Notes: generated by a model not told the origin, from the letters alone. Shown: positions 42,658 to 51,874, counted from the stretch's first letter. The stretch: 64,000 bases of DNA from an uncultured Clostridia bacterium (GCA_947625615.1 CANQPB010000006.1:22652-86651), one strand, 5' to 3'. Program-made: numbers and translations.

Positions 42658-43093
42658 ACAGACCGAGCTGACAAACATCTGCCTTGTGCACCAAAACGGA
42701 AAATATCTTTTGCAGAACCGCGTAGCAAAGGACTGGCGCGGCTACGCTCTCCCCGGCGGGCATGTCGAGCCGGGTGAATCCGTTGTCGATTCCGTAAAGC
42801 GGGAGATGCAGGAGGAAACCGGCCTTGAAATAAAAAATCCCCGCCTCTGCGGGATAAAGCAGTTTCCGAAAAACGGAGGCAGATACATAGTCTTTTTGTT
42901 TGAGGCGACGGAATTTTCCGGCGAGCTTCGCTCCTCCGAAGAGGGGGAGATGCGCTGGGTGAGCCGAGAAGACCTTAAAAATCTCGAAACCGTTTCGGAT
43001 CTTGAAGAGCTTATAGACATGATGCTCGACCCCGCCCTCAGCGAGTTTCAGTACGTCGTAGAGGACGGCAACTGGCGCGCCGTCATAAAATAG
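42644..43093 (+). CDS. NUDIX hydrolase
   Basis: The Nudix box is GGHVEPGESVVDSVKREMQEETGL. The ATG at 42644 overlaps the maf end. Confidence 0.85.
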   Translation: MPKYEQTELTNICLVHQNGKYLLQNRVAKDWRGYALPGGHVEPGESVVDSVKREMQEETGLEIKNPRLCGIKQFPKNGGRYIVFLFEATEFSGELRSSEEGEMRWVSREDLKNLETVSDLEELIDMMLDPALSEFQYVVEDGNWRAVIK

Positions 43094-43101
43094 GAGGAAA
43101 A

Positions 43102-43419
43102 ATGGGACTTTTCGGAAAAAAGGACAAATACGCCCTCTCCCGCAAGGAGCTTGAGCGCTTCAACGGCAAGGCGATACAGTATGCGATAGAGCGGGTAGAC
43201 GGGATTGAGCAAAGCCTCGGAAAATCGGGCGGGATAATAGTTTTGGACGACGTAATCGTCGTGATGTGCGAGGCGCACGAGGTCTTTCGCTGCAAAATAA
43301 AGGGCGCGACCGTCGCCGAGCTTCTCTCCGGCAACGGGGTAGAGATCTCCGGCATAGACGCCTACACCGGCGAAAAGCGTTATGTCGTGGCGCACTACTC
43401 ATACTACAGGAAGGTGTAA
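43102..43419 (+). CDS. hypothetical protein
   Basis: 105-aa ORF with AGGAGGAAAA upstream. It is tightly packed between the NUDIX gene and the next gene. I recognise no domain. Confidence 0.5.
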   Translation: MGLFGKKDKYALSRKELERFNGKAIQYAIERVDGIEQSLGKSGGIIVLDDVIVVMCEAHEVFRCKIKGATVAELLSGNGVEISGIDAYTGEKRYVVAHYSYYRKV

Positions 43420-43420
43420 A

Positions 43421-43711
43421 ATGGTTTTTTTAACTCTTACCGCCTGCGGTGAGGACTGCACCGGCTGCAAAAAGCGGCTTGACGGCCTCTGCCCCGGCTG
43501 CATCGAGGCCGACGGCTATGTTCCGGAATGGGCTGGGTCGGGCAGATGCAAGATCCACACCTGCGCTAAAGAGCACAGTACCCGTTTCTGCGGGAGCTGC
43601 GGGGAGTTTCCCTGCGAAAAACTGCCGGAGCTTATACACTGGAATCCGAACGCGGTCGAACATCTAAAAAATCTGCGGGAAAAATACAAAGACGAATCGA
43701 GCGCCGAATAA
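43421..43711 (+). CDS. Cys-rich DUF3795-like protein
   Basis: 96 aa with CGEDCTGC..CPGC..C..C..CGSCGEFPC spacing. The ATG at 43421 lies 2 nt after the previous stop. Confidence 0.55.
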   Translation: MVFLTLTACGEDCTGCKKRLDGLCPGCIEADGYVPEWAGSGRCKIHTCAKEHSTRFCGSCGEFPCEKLPELIHWNPNAVEHLKNLREKYKDESSAE

Positions 43712-43734
43712 GCCTTGGCGCATAACTTGGGGCA

Positions 43735-43826
43735 GGGCGAAGCCCTGCCGGGCCTGCGGCCCGGCACCCCGCGCTTGCAAAGCAAGCGCGGGGGCGGCCG
43801 CCGTCAGGCGGCCGCGGGCTTCGCCC
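43735..43826 (+). ncRNA. family-C GC-rich multi-hairpin element, copy C2
   Basis: The outer stem GGGCGAAGCCC (43735-43745) / GGGCTTCGCCC (43816-43826) encloses three hairpins: CCGGGCC-TGC-GGCCCGG, CCGCGCTTGC-AAA-GCAAGCGCGG and GCGGCCGCC-GTCA-GGCGGCCGC. Confidence 0.4.
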
Positions 43827-43876
43827 GAAGGCGGGCTGCCAGAAAAGCCCGAAAATAAAAAATCAAGGAGAAAATT

Positions 43877-45250
43877 ATGGACAACTACCGCATCGAACAC
43901 GACTCTATGGGCGAGGTAAAAGTGCCCGCCGAGAGGCTCTGGGGCGCGCAGACCCAGCGCAGCTTTGAAAATTTCAAAATCGGCGTTGAAAAAATGCCGC
44001 CCGAGCTTATCCGCGCGTTCGCGATACTCAAAAAATGCTGCGCCGAGGCAAACCGCGAGCTTCTACCCGAAAAAATGACCGCCGAAAAGCTTGAGGCGAT
44101 ATCCTCGGCCTGCGGCGAGATAATCTCGGGGCGGCTTTCGGGCGAATTCCCGCTCGCCGTGTGGCAGACCGGCTCCGGCACCCAGACAAACATGAATCTC
44201 AACGAGGTAATTGCCAACCGGGGAAACCAACTGGCCGGCAAAAAGCTTTTACACCCCAATGACGACGTCAACATGTCGCAGTCTTCAAACGACACCTTCC
44301 CCGCCGCCATTCACATCGCCGCGGTATGCGAGATAAAAGAGCGCCTTCTGCCCTCGCTTTTAAAGCTCATCGGGGAGTTTGACCGCCTTGAAAAGGAAAA
44401 CGAGGGAATTCTAAAATGCGGGCGCACCCACCTTCAGGACGCCGTGCCGATTCGCTTCTCGCAGGAGATAAGCGGCTGGAAAGCCCTTTTGGATCGCTCC
44501 CGCGAGCAGATAACCCTCTCCCTCTCATCGCTTTCAAATCTCTCTTTGGGAGGCACCGCCGTCGGCACGGGGCTTAACGCACCGAAAGGCTTTGACGCCT
44601 TGGCCGCCGAAAAAATTTCCGCCGCCGCGGGGCACCCCTTTAAAACCGACCCCAATAAGTTCCACTCGCTAAGCTCGCAGGACGAAGCCGTGTTTGCACA
44701 CGGGGCCTTAAAAGCCCTCGCCGCCGATCTCATGAAGATCGCCAACGACATTCGCTGGCTGGCCTCGGGGCCGAGAACCGGCCTCGGCGAGATAACCATT
44801 CCCGAAAACGAGCCGGGCAGCTCGATAATGCCGGGGAAGGTCAACCCCACACAGTGCGAAGCGGTGACGATGGTCGCCGTGCAGGTGATGGGCAACGACG
44901 CGGCCGTCGGCTTTGCGGCCTCGCAGGGAAATTTCCAGCTCAACGTCTTCCTGCCGGTGATAGCCTATAACCTGCTGCAATCTATCAGGCTTCTTGCAGA
45001 CGTTACGGAGAGCTTTCGCAAAAACTGCGTTGCGGGAATAAAGCCGAACATTTCAAAGATGACCGAAAACGTAAACAAGTCGCTGATGCTCGCCGCGGCG
45101 CTGAATCCATCGATAGGCTACGAAAACGCCGCCAGGACCGTCAAGCTTGCATTCTCGGAAAACATCACCCTCAAGGAGGCCGCCGTAAAGCTCGGATTTT
45201 TGACGGCCGAGGAGTTCGACAGAGTATTCCGCCCCGAGGATATGACCTAA
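43877..45250 (+). CDS. fumC: class II fumarate hydratase
   Basis: The signature is GSSIMPGKVNPTQCE. 457 aa. Confidence 0.95.
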   Translation: MDNYRIEHDSMGEVKVPAERLWGAQTQRSFENFKIGVEKMPPELIRAFAILKKCCAEANRELLPEKMTAEKLEAISSACGEIISGRLSGEFPLAVWQTGSGTQTNMNLNEVIANRGNQLAGKKLLHPNDDVNMSQSSNDTFPAAIHIAAVCEIKERLLPSLLKLIGEFDRLEKENEGILKCGRTHLQDAVPIRFSQEISGWKALLDRSREQITLSLSSLSNLSLGGTAVGTGLNAPKGFDALAAEKISAAAGHPFKTDPNKFHSLSSQDEAVFAHGALKALAADLMKIANDIRWLASGPRTGLGEITIPENEPGSSIMPGKVNPTQCEAVTMVAVQVMGNDAAVGFAASQGNFQLNVFLPVIAYNLLQSIRLLADVTESFRKNCVAGIKPNISKMTENVNKSLMLAAALNPSIGYENAARTVKLAFSENITLKEAAVKLGFLTAEEFDRVFRPEDMT

Positions 45251-45327
45251 AACATCGCACCTAAAGTATAAATCAACTTAAAATATACGCATAGTATTAA
45301 AAATATGACAGAAAAAGGAAGATTTTA

Positions 45328-46497
45328 ATGACAATCAACGAAGAATCGCTGAAAATGCACTACGGCTGGAAGGGCAAGATCGAGGTAGTCCCCCGCTGCA
45401 AAATCGAGGACAAGCACGATCTTTCGGTCGCCTACACCCCCGGCGTAGCCCAGCCCTGCCTTGAAATTCAGAAGGACTACTCGAAGTCCTTCGAGCTCAC
45501 GCGCAGGGGAAACCTCATCGCCGTGATAACCGACGGCACCGCCGTTTTGGGTCTCGGCGACATCGGCCCCGAGGCGGGAATGCCGGTGATGGAGGGCAAA
45601 TGCGCCCTTTTCAAAACCTTTGCCGACGTCGACGCTTTCCCGATATGCGTGCGTTCAAAGGACGTCGACGAGATAGTCAGGACGGTATACCTGATTTCCG
45701 GCAGCTTCGGCGGAATAAATCTTGAAGACATCTCGGCGCCGAGATGCTTTGAGATAGAGCGCCGCCTAAAGGAGATCTGCGACATTCCCGTCTTTCACGA
45801 CGATCAGCACGGCACCGCCGTCGTGGTGGCCGCGGCGCTTATAAACGCCCTCAAGGTGGTCAAAAAGGACATGTCCGCCAGAGTGACTATCTGCGGGGCG
45901 GGCTCGGCGGGCTGCTCAATAGCGAAGCACCTGCTAAACATAGGCTTTTCCGATGTAACGCTCGTCGACAGGGGCGGAATCGTCTGCGAGGGGGAGGACT
46001 GGCTTAACCCCGAGACGGAAAAGATGGCAAAGGTGACAAACCTCAGGCATATGCGCGGAAGCCTTGCCGACGCCATGCGGGGCGCGGACATCTTCATAGG
46101 CGTTTCGGCGCCGGGGATAGTCACCCCCGAGATGATAGCCTCTATGGCTCCCCGCGCAATAGCTTTCCCGATGGCGAATCCGGTGCCGGAGATAATGCCG
46201 GATCTCGCGCTTAAGGCGGGGGCGGAAGTGGTCGGCACCGGAAGATCCGACTTCATGAACCAGATAAACAACGTCCTCGCGTTCCCGGGGATCTTCCGCG
46301 GCGCTCTCGACTGCCGCGCCACCCGGATAACCGAGGAGATGAAAGCCGCGGCAAGCTTTGCCCTCGCCTCTTTGGTATCCGACGGCGAGCTTTGCGCGGA
46401 ATATATAATTCCGCCGGCAACCGACAAGAGGGTGGCGGCCGCCGTCGCCGAGGCAACCGTAAAGGCGGCAAGAAAATGCGGCGCCGCAAGGATCTGA
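45328..46497 (+). CDS. NAD(P)-dependent malic enzyme (oxaloacetate-decarboxylating malate dehydrogenase)
   Basis: VITDGTAVLGLGDIG...FGGINLEDI...FHDDQHGTAVV...CGAGSAG motifs. 389 aa. Confidence 0.9.
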   Translation: MTINEESLKMHYGWKGKIEVVPRCKIEDKHDLSVAYTPGVAQPCLEIQKDYSKSFELTRRGNLIAVITDGTAVLGLGDIGPEAGMPVMEGKCALFKTFADVDAFPICVRSKDVDEIVRTVYLISGSFGGINLEDISAPRCFEIERRLKEICDIPVFHDDQHGTAVVVAAALINALKVVKKDMSARVTICGAGSAGCSIAKHLLNIGFSDVTLVDRGGIVCEGEDWLNPETEKMAKVTNLRHMRGSLADAMRGADIFIGVSAPGIVTPEMIASMAPRAIAFPMANPVPEIMPDLALKAGAEVVGTGRSDFMNQINNVLAFPGIFRGALDCRATRITEEMKAAASFALASLVSDGELCAEYIIPPATDKRVAAAVAEATVKAARKCGAARI

Positions 46498-46526
46498 CTG
46501 TAATAATTTAAGGGAGGTAATCGCCG

Positions 46527-47432
46527 ATGGACAGGGGGAGCATTCTGTTTGTGTACAATCCCCGCTCGGGAATGCAGACCGGCATGACGGTCGGCAAAAA
46601 GCTGAACGATATAATGAATCTTTGCACGGCGGCGGGTTACGACGTGATATGCCACCCCACGCAGTCGAGGGGCGACTGCCTTGAAACGGTCAAAAGGCTC
46701 GGAAACACGGTAGACCGCGTCATCGTCGCCGGCGGGGACGGCACCCTGAACGAGGCGGTGAACGGAATTTTATCCGCCGGGATAACCTCGCCGTTCGGGT
46801 ATATCCCCTGCGGCTCGACAAACGATTTTTCCCACTCGGTGGGGATACCCGTTCAGATAATGAAGGCCGCAAGAACCGCGCTCGAGGGCGTACCCTTTGC
46901 CTACGACGCCGGGCTTATGAACGACCGCTGGTTCACCTATGTTGCGGGATTCGGCGCATTCACCGACGTCACCTACACCACCCCGCAGGAGACGAAAAAC
47001 GCGCTCGGCTATTTTGCCTATCTGATATCGGGGGCGGCCTCGCTGCCGAACATCACCCCCGTTCACATAAGATATGAATCGCAGGAAAAAATCGGCGAGG
47101 GGGATTATATCCTCGGGCTTATTTCAAACACCCTGCAGGTTGCGGGAATGAAAAATATCCTCCCCCGGGATATTTCCCTTGACGACGGGCTTTTAGAGGT
47201 GCTGCTCGTGAAAAATCCCCGAAACCCCATTGAGCTGAACAAGATCCTCACCTCGGTGATGAAGCGCGACTTCGGCGCCGACTGCTTCGACTATTTCAAG
47301 ACCGCCGAAATATCCCTAAGCTGCGACGAGCCGCTTTCCTGGACGCTCGACGGCGAAAACGGCGGCGCCCACACCAAAACGCGCATCACCTGCCATAAGC
47401 AGGCGCTGAAAATAATCACGGCGGGGAAATAG
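46527..47432 (+). CDS. diacylglycerol/lipid kinase family protein (YegS/DagK-like)
   Basis: VIVAGGDGTLNEAVNG and IPCGSTNDF motifs. 301 aa. Confidence 0.85.
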   Translation: MDRGSILFVYNPRSGMQTGMTVGKKLNDIMNLCTAAGYDVICHPTQSRGDCLETVKRLGNTVDRVIVAGGDGTLNEAVNGILSAGITSPFGYIPCGSTNDFSHSVGIPVQIMKAARTALEGVPFAYDAGLMNDRWFTYVAGFGAFTDVTYTTPQETKNALGYFAYLISGAASLPNITPVHIRYESQEKIGEGDYILGLISNTLQVAGMKNILPRDISLDDGLLEVLLVKNPRNPIELNKILTSVMKRDFGADCFDYFKTAEISLSCDEPLSWTLDGENGGAHTKTRITCHKQALKIITAGK

Positions 47433-47451
47433 GCTGCCGCCCGGCATAAAT

Positions 47452-47480
47452 TTGACATTATTTGCGCGACGTGGTATAAT
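47452..47480 (+). promoter_or_regulatory. near-consensus sigma-A promoter of a micro-gene
   Basis: TTGACA (47452-47457), 17 nt, then TGgTATAAT (47472-47480). Confidence 0.6.
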
Positions 47481-47532
47481 GCCGTTTGCAGAGAGCTTTT
47501 GCGGTTCGGCCCCCGAAAGGGGGTGGCGGCGA

Positions 47533-47604
47533 ATGGAAGAATTGATACTTATCGTTATTTTAGCGTTTATCGTTCTGGAAATATTCAAAACCATAAAAAA
47601 GTAA
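47533..47604 (+). CDS. 23-codon hydrophobic micro-ORF (small membrane peptide or type-I-toxin-like)
   Basis: MEELILIVILAFIVLEIFKTIKK. It has its own promoter upstream, and a terminator overlaps its stop. It is too short for the ORF track. Confidence 0.35.
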   Translation: MEELILIVILAFIVLEIFKTIKK

Positions 47605-47641
47605 CCGCCGGCACTGTCCAAAGCTAAGCGGTTACTTTTTT
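47595..47641 (+). terminator. intrinsic terminator of the micro-gene
   Basis: AAAAAAGTAACCGC...GCGGTTACTTTTTT. Confidence 0.65.
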
Positions 47642-47722
47642 GTAATTGTGTTAGATAAGCTGAGCCGTTCGGCTCTCTGCCATTATTATAGCATTGTCTT
47701 ATCTTTTTGTCAATACCCGGTT

Positions 47723-47835
47723 AGACGGAGGGAGCGTCCATTCCGCGCGCGTTATTAGCAACGTCACCGCAGGCGACATCTTGAAATTCTGATATCTGAC
47801 CTCTGACATCTGTTTTCTTGATGCTCCCGTCTCAA
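47723..47835 (+). repeat. family-B element, copy B4
   Basis: AGACGGAGGGAGCGTCCATTCCGCGCGCGTTATTAG...CACCGCAGGCGACATCTTGAAA plus TTCTGAT ATCTGAC CTCTGAC ATCTGTT TTCTTGA, then TGCTCCCGTCT. The termini are inverted repeats. Confidence 0.75.
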
Positions 47836-47987
47836 CCACCTGCGAGACCTATTTTTCCTGGGGCGGCCGCGCGCTCGGCGGCTGGGGAGAGATCATGAAA
47901 AATAAGTAAGCGCGCAAAATCAAAGCCGTCTGCTTTTGGGCAGGCGGCTTTTTTATTATCGGCTTTTGCTTTTGGGGCTGCTGCGGA

Positions 47988-49544
47988 TCAGTAGCTCTTT
48001 ACCGCGGCTTCCTCGGCTTTAAGCATCTTCGCGTAGCTGCGCATGTAGCTCTCGAAGCCCTCGACGTCCTTGGGATCGGGCTGTTCGGTTATCGCGCTCA
48101 TTCCGGCGAAGACCTTTTCATCGAGGTAATCCTCAAGGCTCATGTCCTTGCCGTCGACGGCATATTTCGCGAGGATAGCCATGCCCCAGGCTCCGCCCTC
48201 GCCGGCGGTCTCCATGACCGAAACGGGGGTGCGCATGGCGGCGGCAAGAAGCTTCTGGCCTACGCCTTTTGTCTTGAAGTATCCGCCGTGGCCGAGTATC
48301 TTATCAATCTCGACATGCTCGGCGAGCAGAATATCAAGGCCGATTTTGAGGGTGGCGAGCGCCGAGAATAGATTGTTTCTTATGAGATTTGCAAGGTTGA
48401 ATTCCGAATCGGGGCGGCGAAGGAGCATCGGCCTGCCCTCGTCGAGGTGGGTTATAGGCTCGCCGGAGAAATAGTTGCAGGAGGTGAGGCCGCCGCAATC
48501 GGGATCGCCGTTCATCGCGTTCATGAGAAGCAGATCATAAAGATCCGGCTTGCGCATCGGGTGGCCGGAGAGCTCGGCGAACTCCATGAAAATTTTCATC
48601 CAGGCGTCGAGATCGGTGCAGCAGTTGTTGCAGTGCACCATGGCGACTGGCGCGCCGCTCGGGGTGGTTACCATGTCGATCTCGGGATAGAGCTTTGAAA
48701 GCGACTTTTCAAGGACGATCATCGCAAAGACGGAGGTGCCCGCGGAGACGTTGCCGGTTCTGACCCTTACGCTGTTCGTGGCGACCATTCCCGTGCCGGC
48801 GTCGCCCTCGGGCGGGCAGACCGGCGCTCCCGGCTTAAGCGTGCCGGTGGGATCCAAAAACTTCGCGCCCTCGGCGGTGAGCGTTCCTGCGCTTTCGCCG
48901 GCAACGGCTATCTCGGGCAGAACCTCTTTAAGCTTCCAGCCGAAGCCCTTGGGGGCGACAAGGCCGTCGAAGAGGGAGATCATCTTTTCGTCGTAGCGGC
49001 AGGTTGAAGAATCTATCGGGAACATGCCGGAGGCCTCGCCCACGCCGACAACCTTTCGGCCGGTGAGCCTGTACTGGATATATCCCGCAAGGGTGAGTAC
49101 GCTCTTTATCGCCGGAACGTGCTTCTCGCCGTTGAGGATAGCCTGATAGAGATGAGCTATAGACCAGCGCTGGGGAATGTTGAAGCCGAAGACCTCGGAG
49201 AGCTTTTCGGAAGCCTCGGCGGTGATGGTGTTCCGCCATGTTCTGAACGGCACAAGAAGGTTTTCCGAGGCGTCGAAGGGCATATAACCGTGCATCATAG
49301 CGCTGATGCCGAGGCCGTCGAGGCTGTCAAGTGTCTCGCCGGTCTTGGATTTGTAATCCGCCGCGACCTTTGCATAGGCGTCCTGAAGGCCGGTTTCAAT
49401 GTCCTCAAGGCTGTAAGTCCAGACGCCGTTTTCAAGGCGGTTTTCCCAATCGTGCGCGCCCGAAGCGACCACCCCGGCGTCTTCGCCGATGATGATGGCC
49501 TTGATCCTTGTGGAGCCGAATTCAATTCCGAGATATTTTTTCAT
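47988..49544 (-). CDS. FGGY-family carbohydrate kinase (xylulokinase-like)
   Basis: The N-terminus is [15 protein letters not shown] and the C-terminus is [11 protein letters not shown]. 518 aa. Confidence 0.8.
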   Translation of the reverse strand: MKKYLGIEFGSTRIKAIIIGEDAGVVASGAHDWENRLENGVWTYSLEDIETGLQDAYAKVAADYKSKTGETLDSLDGLGISAMMHGYMPFDASENLLVPFRTWRNTITAEASEKLSEVFGFNIPQRWSIAHLYQAILNGEKHVPAIKSVLTLAGYIQYRLTGRKVVGVGEASGMFPIDSSTCRYDEKMISLFDGLVAPKGFGWKLKEVLPEIAVAGESAGTLTAEGAKFLDPTGTLKPGAPVCPPEGDAGTGMVATNSVRVRTGNVSAGTSVFAMIVLEKSLSKLYPEIDMVTTPSGAPVAMVHCNNCCTDLDAWMKIFMEFAELSGHPMRKPDLYDLLLMNAMNGDPDCGGLTSCNYFSGEPITHLDEGRPMLLRRPDSEFNLANLIRNNLFSALATLKIGLDILLAEHVEIDKILGHGGYFKTKGVGQKLLAAAMRTPVSVMETAGEGGAWGMAILAKYAVDGKDMSLEDYLDEKVFAGMSAITEQPDPKDVEGFESYMRSYAKMLKAEEAAVKSY

Positions 49545-49651
49545 AATATTTTCCTCCTTTTATGACAGGTTCCTGTAAATGGTATCTATATTATATAATG
49601 TCCGGCCGAGAATGTCAAGGAAACCCGGGAGCGAGAATGCGCGGGAAAAAT

Positions 49652-50121
49652 AAAAAGTTTTCGCCGGCCTTTTTCAAAAGGCCGCGCAGGTCGAGGGGCG
49701 CGAAGCCCCTCGTTGCGCTCCGCAGAGCGCGAAATCCCCCGTAGGACGCCGAGCAGGCGTCCTACGGATAATGCGAAGCGAAGCGCAGGACGGGGAGAAA
49801 AAACTGTCCGGTGGACAGTTTTTTCGCGGGGAGACCCTCGCCGGGGAGACCCTCGCCGGGGGTCTCCCCGGCGAGGCGCCACAGGCGCCTCGCAGCCCGG
49901 AAAAGGGCGCGGGGAAACCCGGTTATAGATATATCCTTTTGTTTGGCTGAGCCCAATGGGCTCGGCAGCAGCTGCGCGCAGCCGGTGCGACAACCGCCAA
50001 AGTCCGAGCGCAGCGTGGTTCCCCCCGGCGAGGCGCCACTGGCACCCCGCAGCCCGGAAAAGGGTGCGGGGGAAACTCCGCAGGGGATTGTCCCCGCTTT
50101 GCCGAGCAAGGCGAGGCAAAT
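49652..50121 (+). repeat. family-A modular GC-rich intergenic element, copy A2 (longest, internally duplicated modules)
   Basis: It has the same 5' terminus as A1 (33 nt identical) and the same 3' module GGAAAAGGG.GCGGGG.AA.C.CCGCAGGGGATTGTCCCCGCTTTGCCGAGC..GCGAGGCAAAT. The interior differs. Confidence 0.7.
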
Positions 50122-50319
50122 CACAAGCCTTTTTTGCCTTGCGCCCAATACTTCCTTCACTTTGCGCTCTTCACCCCAAAAAATCAGAAAAAAATTTAAA
50201 AAAATTTGCATTTGTTACGATTTTGTAATTGCTATTTTTTAAAAAGCGTGATACAATAGTGTTATCAATATGAAAATTGCGGGCGCAACCCCTTTGCCCG
50301 ATTGGAGATAAGATAATCT

Positions 50320-51600
50320 ATGGAAAAATTTGTTATAAGAGGCGGGAAGCCTCTTCGCGGCGAGGTAACAATCAGCGGCGCAAAGAACGCCGCCGTCGCG
50401 ATAATTGCCGGAACAATTCTCTCGGACGAGCCCTGCCTTATCGAGAACGTCCCCGAGATAAGAGATATAAACATCTGCGTGAAGATCCTCTACGAAATGG
50501 GCGCCGGAATAAAGATAATCGGCAAGAACACCATTCGCGTCGATCCCCGCGGGATATCCGATCCCGTCGTCCCCTATGAGCTCGCAAGAGCATGCCGCGC
50601 CTCAAGCTATTTCCTCGGGACGCTTCTCGGGCGGTTCCACAGAGCCGACGTGCCTATGCCGGGCGGCTGTGATCTCGGCGACAGGCCGATAGATCAGCAT
50701 CTCAAGGCGTTCAATCTTTTGGGAGCAACGCACACCATCGACGGCGGAAACGTCAGCCTGCGCGCCGACAGACTTATCGGCAGCCAGATCTATTTCGACG
50801 TAGTCACCGTCGGCGGAACGATAAACGCAATCTTTGCCGCCGTTAAGGCCGACGGCCTTACCGTCATTGAAAACGCCGCCAAGGAGCCCCAGATAGTTGA
50901 CGTAGCCAACTTTTTGAATTCCATGGGCGCCGACATAATGGGCGCCGGCACCGACGTCATCAAAATCAGGGGCGTGAAATACCTAAAGGGCGTCACCTAC
51001 GGCGTTATACCCGATCCCATTGAGGCGGGAACATATATGGTCGCGGCGGCGGCCACAAAGGGAGACGTCCTCATAAAGAACGTCATACCCAAGCATCTTG
51101 AATCCATAACCGACAAGCTTCGCAAGGCGGGAGCGTATGTCGAAGAATTCGACGACAGCATTCACGTCAGCTGCGACAGGCGCCTCATGAAGACAAGCTT
51201 CAAGACCCTGCCCCACCCCGGCTTCCCGACCGATATGCAGCCCCAATTCTCCACCATGCTCACGACCGCCGACGGGACAAGCGTTGTCACCGACAATATA
51301 TTCGACAACCGATTCAGATATGCAAACGAGCTAAGGCGCTTCGGCGCCGACATCACCGTCGAGGGCACCACGGCCGTCATTCAGGGCATTGAGGAGCTGA
51401 GCGGCGCCACCGTCAAGGCCACCGACCTGAGGGCCGGCGCGGCGCTCGTCATAGCCGGGCTTATGGCCACCGGCACCACCGTCGTAGAGGATATCTACCA
51501 CATCGAGCGCGGCTACGAAAACATCGACGAAAAGCTTCGGGCGCTCGGCGCGGACATTATCCGCTCGAACGATTTCGATTCAAAGCGAATGGCGGTATGA
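50320..51600 (+). CDS. murA: UDP-N-acetylglucosamine 1-carboxyvinyltransferase
   Basis: MEKFVIRGGKPLRGEVTISGAKNAAV... with the active-site loop GGCDLGDRPID. 426 aa. Confidence 0.95.
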   Translation: MEKFVIRGGKPLRGEVTISGAKNAAVAIIAGTILSDEPCLIENVPEIRDINICVKILYEMGAGIKIIGKNTIRVDPRGISDPVVPYELARACRASSYFLGTLLGRFHRADVPMPGGCDLGDRPIDQHLKAFNLLGATHTIDGGNVSLRADRLIGSQIYFDVVTVGGTINAIFAAVKADGLTVIENAAKEPQIVDVANFLNSMGADIMGAGTDVIKIRGVKYLKGVTYGVIPDPIEAGTYMVAAAATKGDVLIKNVIPKHLESITDKLRKAGAYVEEFDDSIHVSCDRRLMKTSFKTLPHPGFPTDMQPQFSTMLTTADGTSVVTDNIFDNRFRYANELRRFGADITVEGTTAVIQGIEELSGATVKATDLRAGAALVIAGLMATGTTVVEDIYHIERGYENIDEKLRALGADIIRSNDFDSKRMAV

Positions 51601-51846
51601 TCGGCCTTGCCGTCTGCGGAATGAACGGTGCGGGGAAGTCCTCCGTCGCCAAGGCGCTCGCAAACGCCCTCGGGCTGCGGCATCGACGACCTCATCTCGG
51701 CGGTTTTCTGGCCGGAGGCGCCGAAAGACCTGAGAATAGAGCGTATCCGCAAGAGGCATTTTGACCGCTACGGCGAGAGGCCGATATCGGAAAACGTCAA
51801 TATTATTTTAGACTATATAAATAAGCATAGCGAGCTGTCCCCATGA
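51597..51846 (+). pseudogene. remnant of a P-loop (AAA / nucleoside-kinase-like) gene with internal deletion and frameshift
   Basis: The ATG overlaps the murA stop. MIGLAVCGMNGAGKSSVAKALANALGL (Walker A) then goes out of frame near 51680. A second frame (ORF 51628..51846) carries a plausible C-terminal tail, ..IDDLISAVFWPEAPKDLRIERIRKRHFDRYG... The total is far too short for the family. Confidence 0.4.
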
Positions 51847-51874
51847 CAGCTTTTCTTTTGAAAGGAAGAAGAAA

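Noticed and set aside
47895-47909. A 4-codon mini-ORF ATGAAAAATAAGTAA with a GGGGAGAGA SD, followed by a terminator at about 47924-47955.
   Set aside because: It is too short to evaluate. The hairpin more simply serves as the terminator of the convergent FGGY kinase gene.
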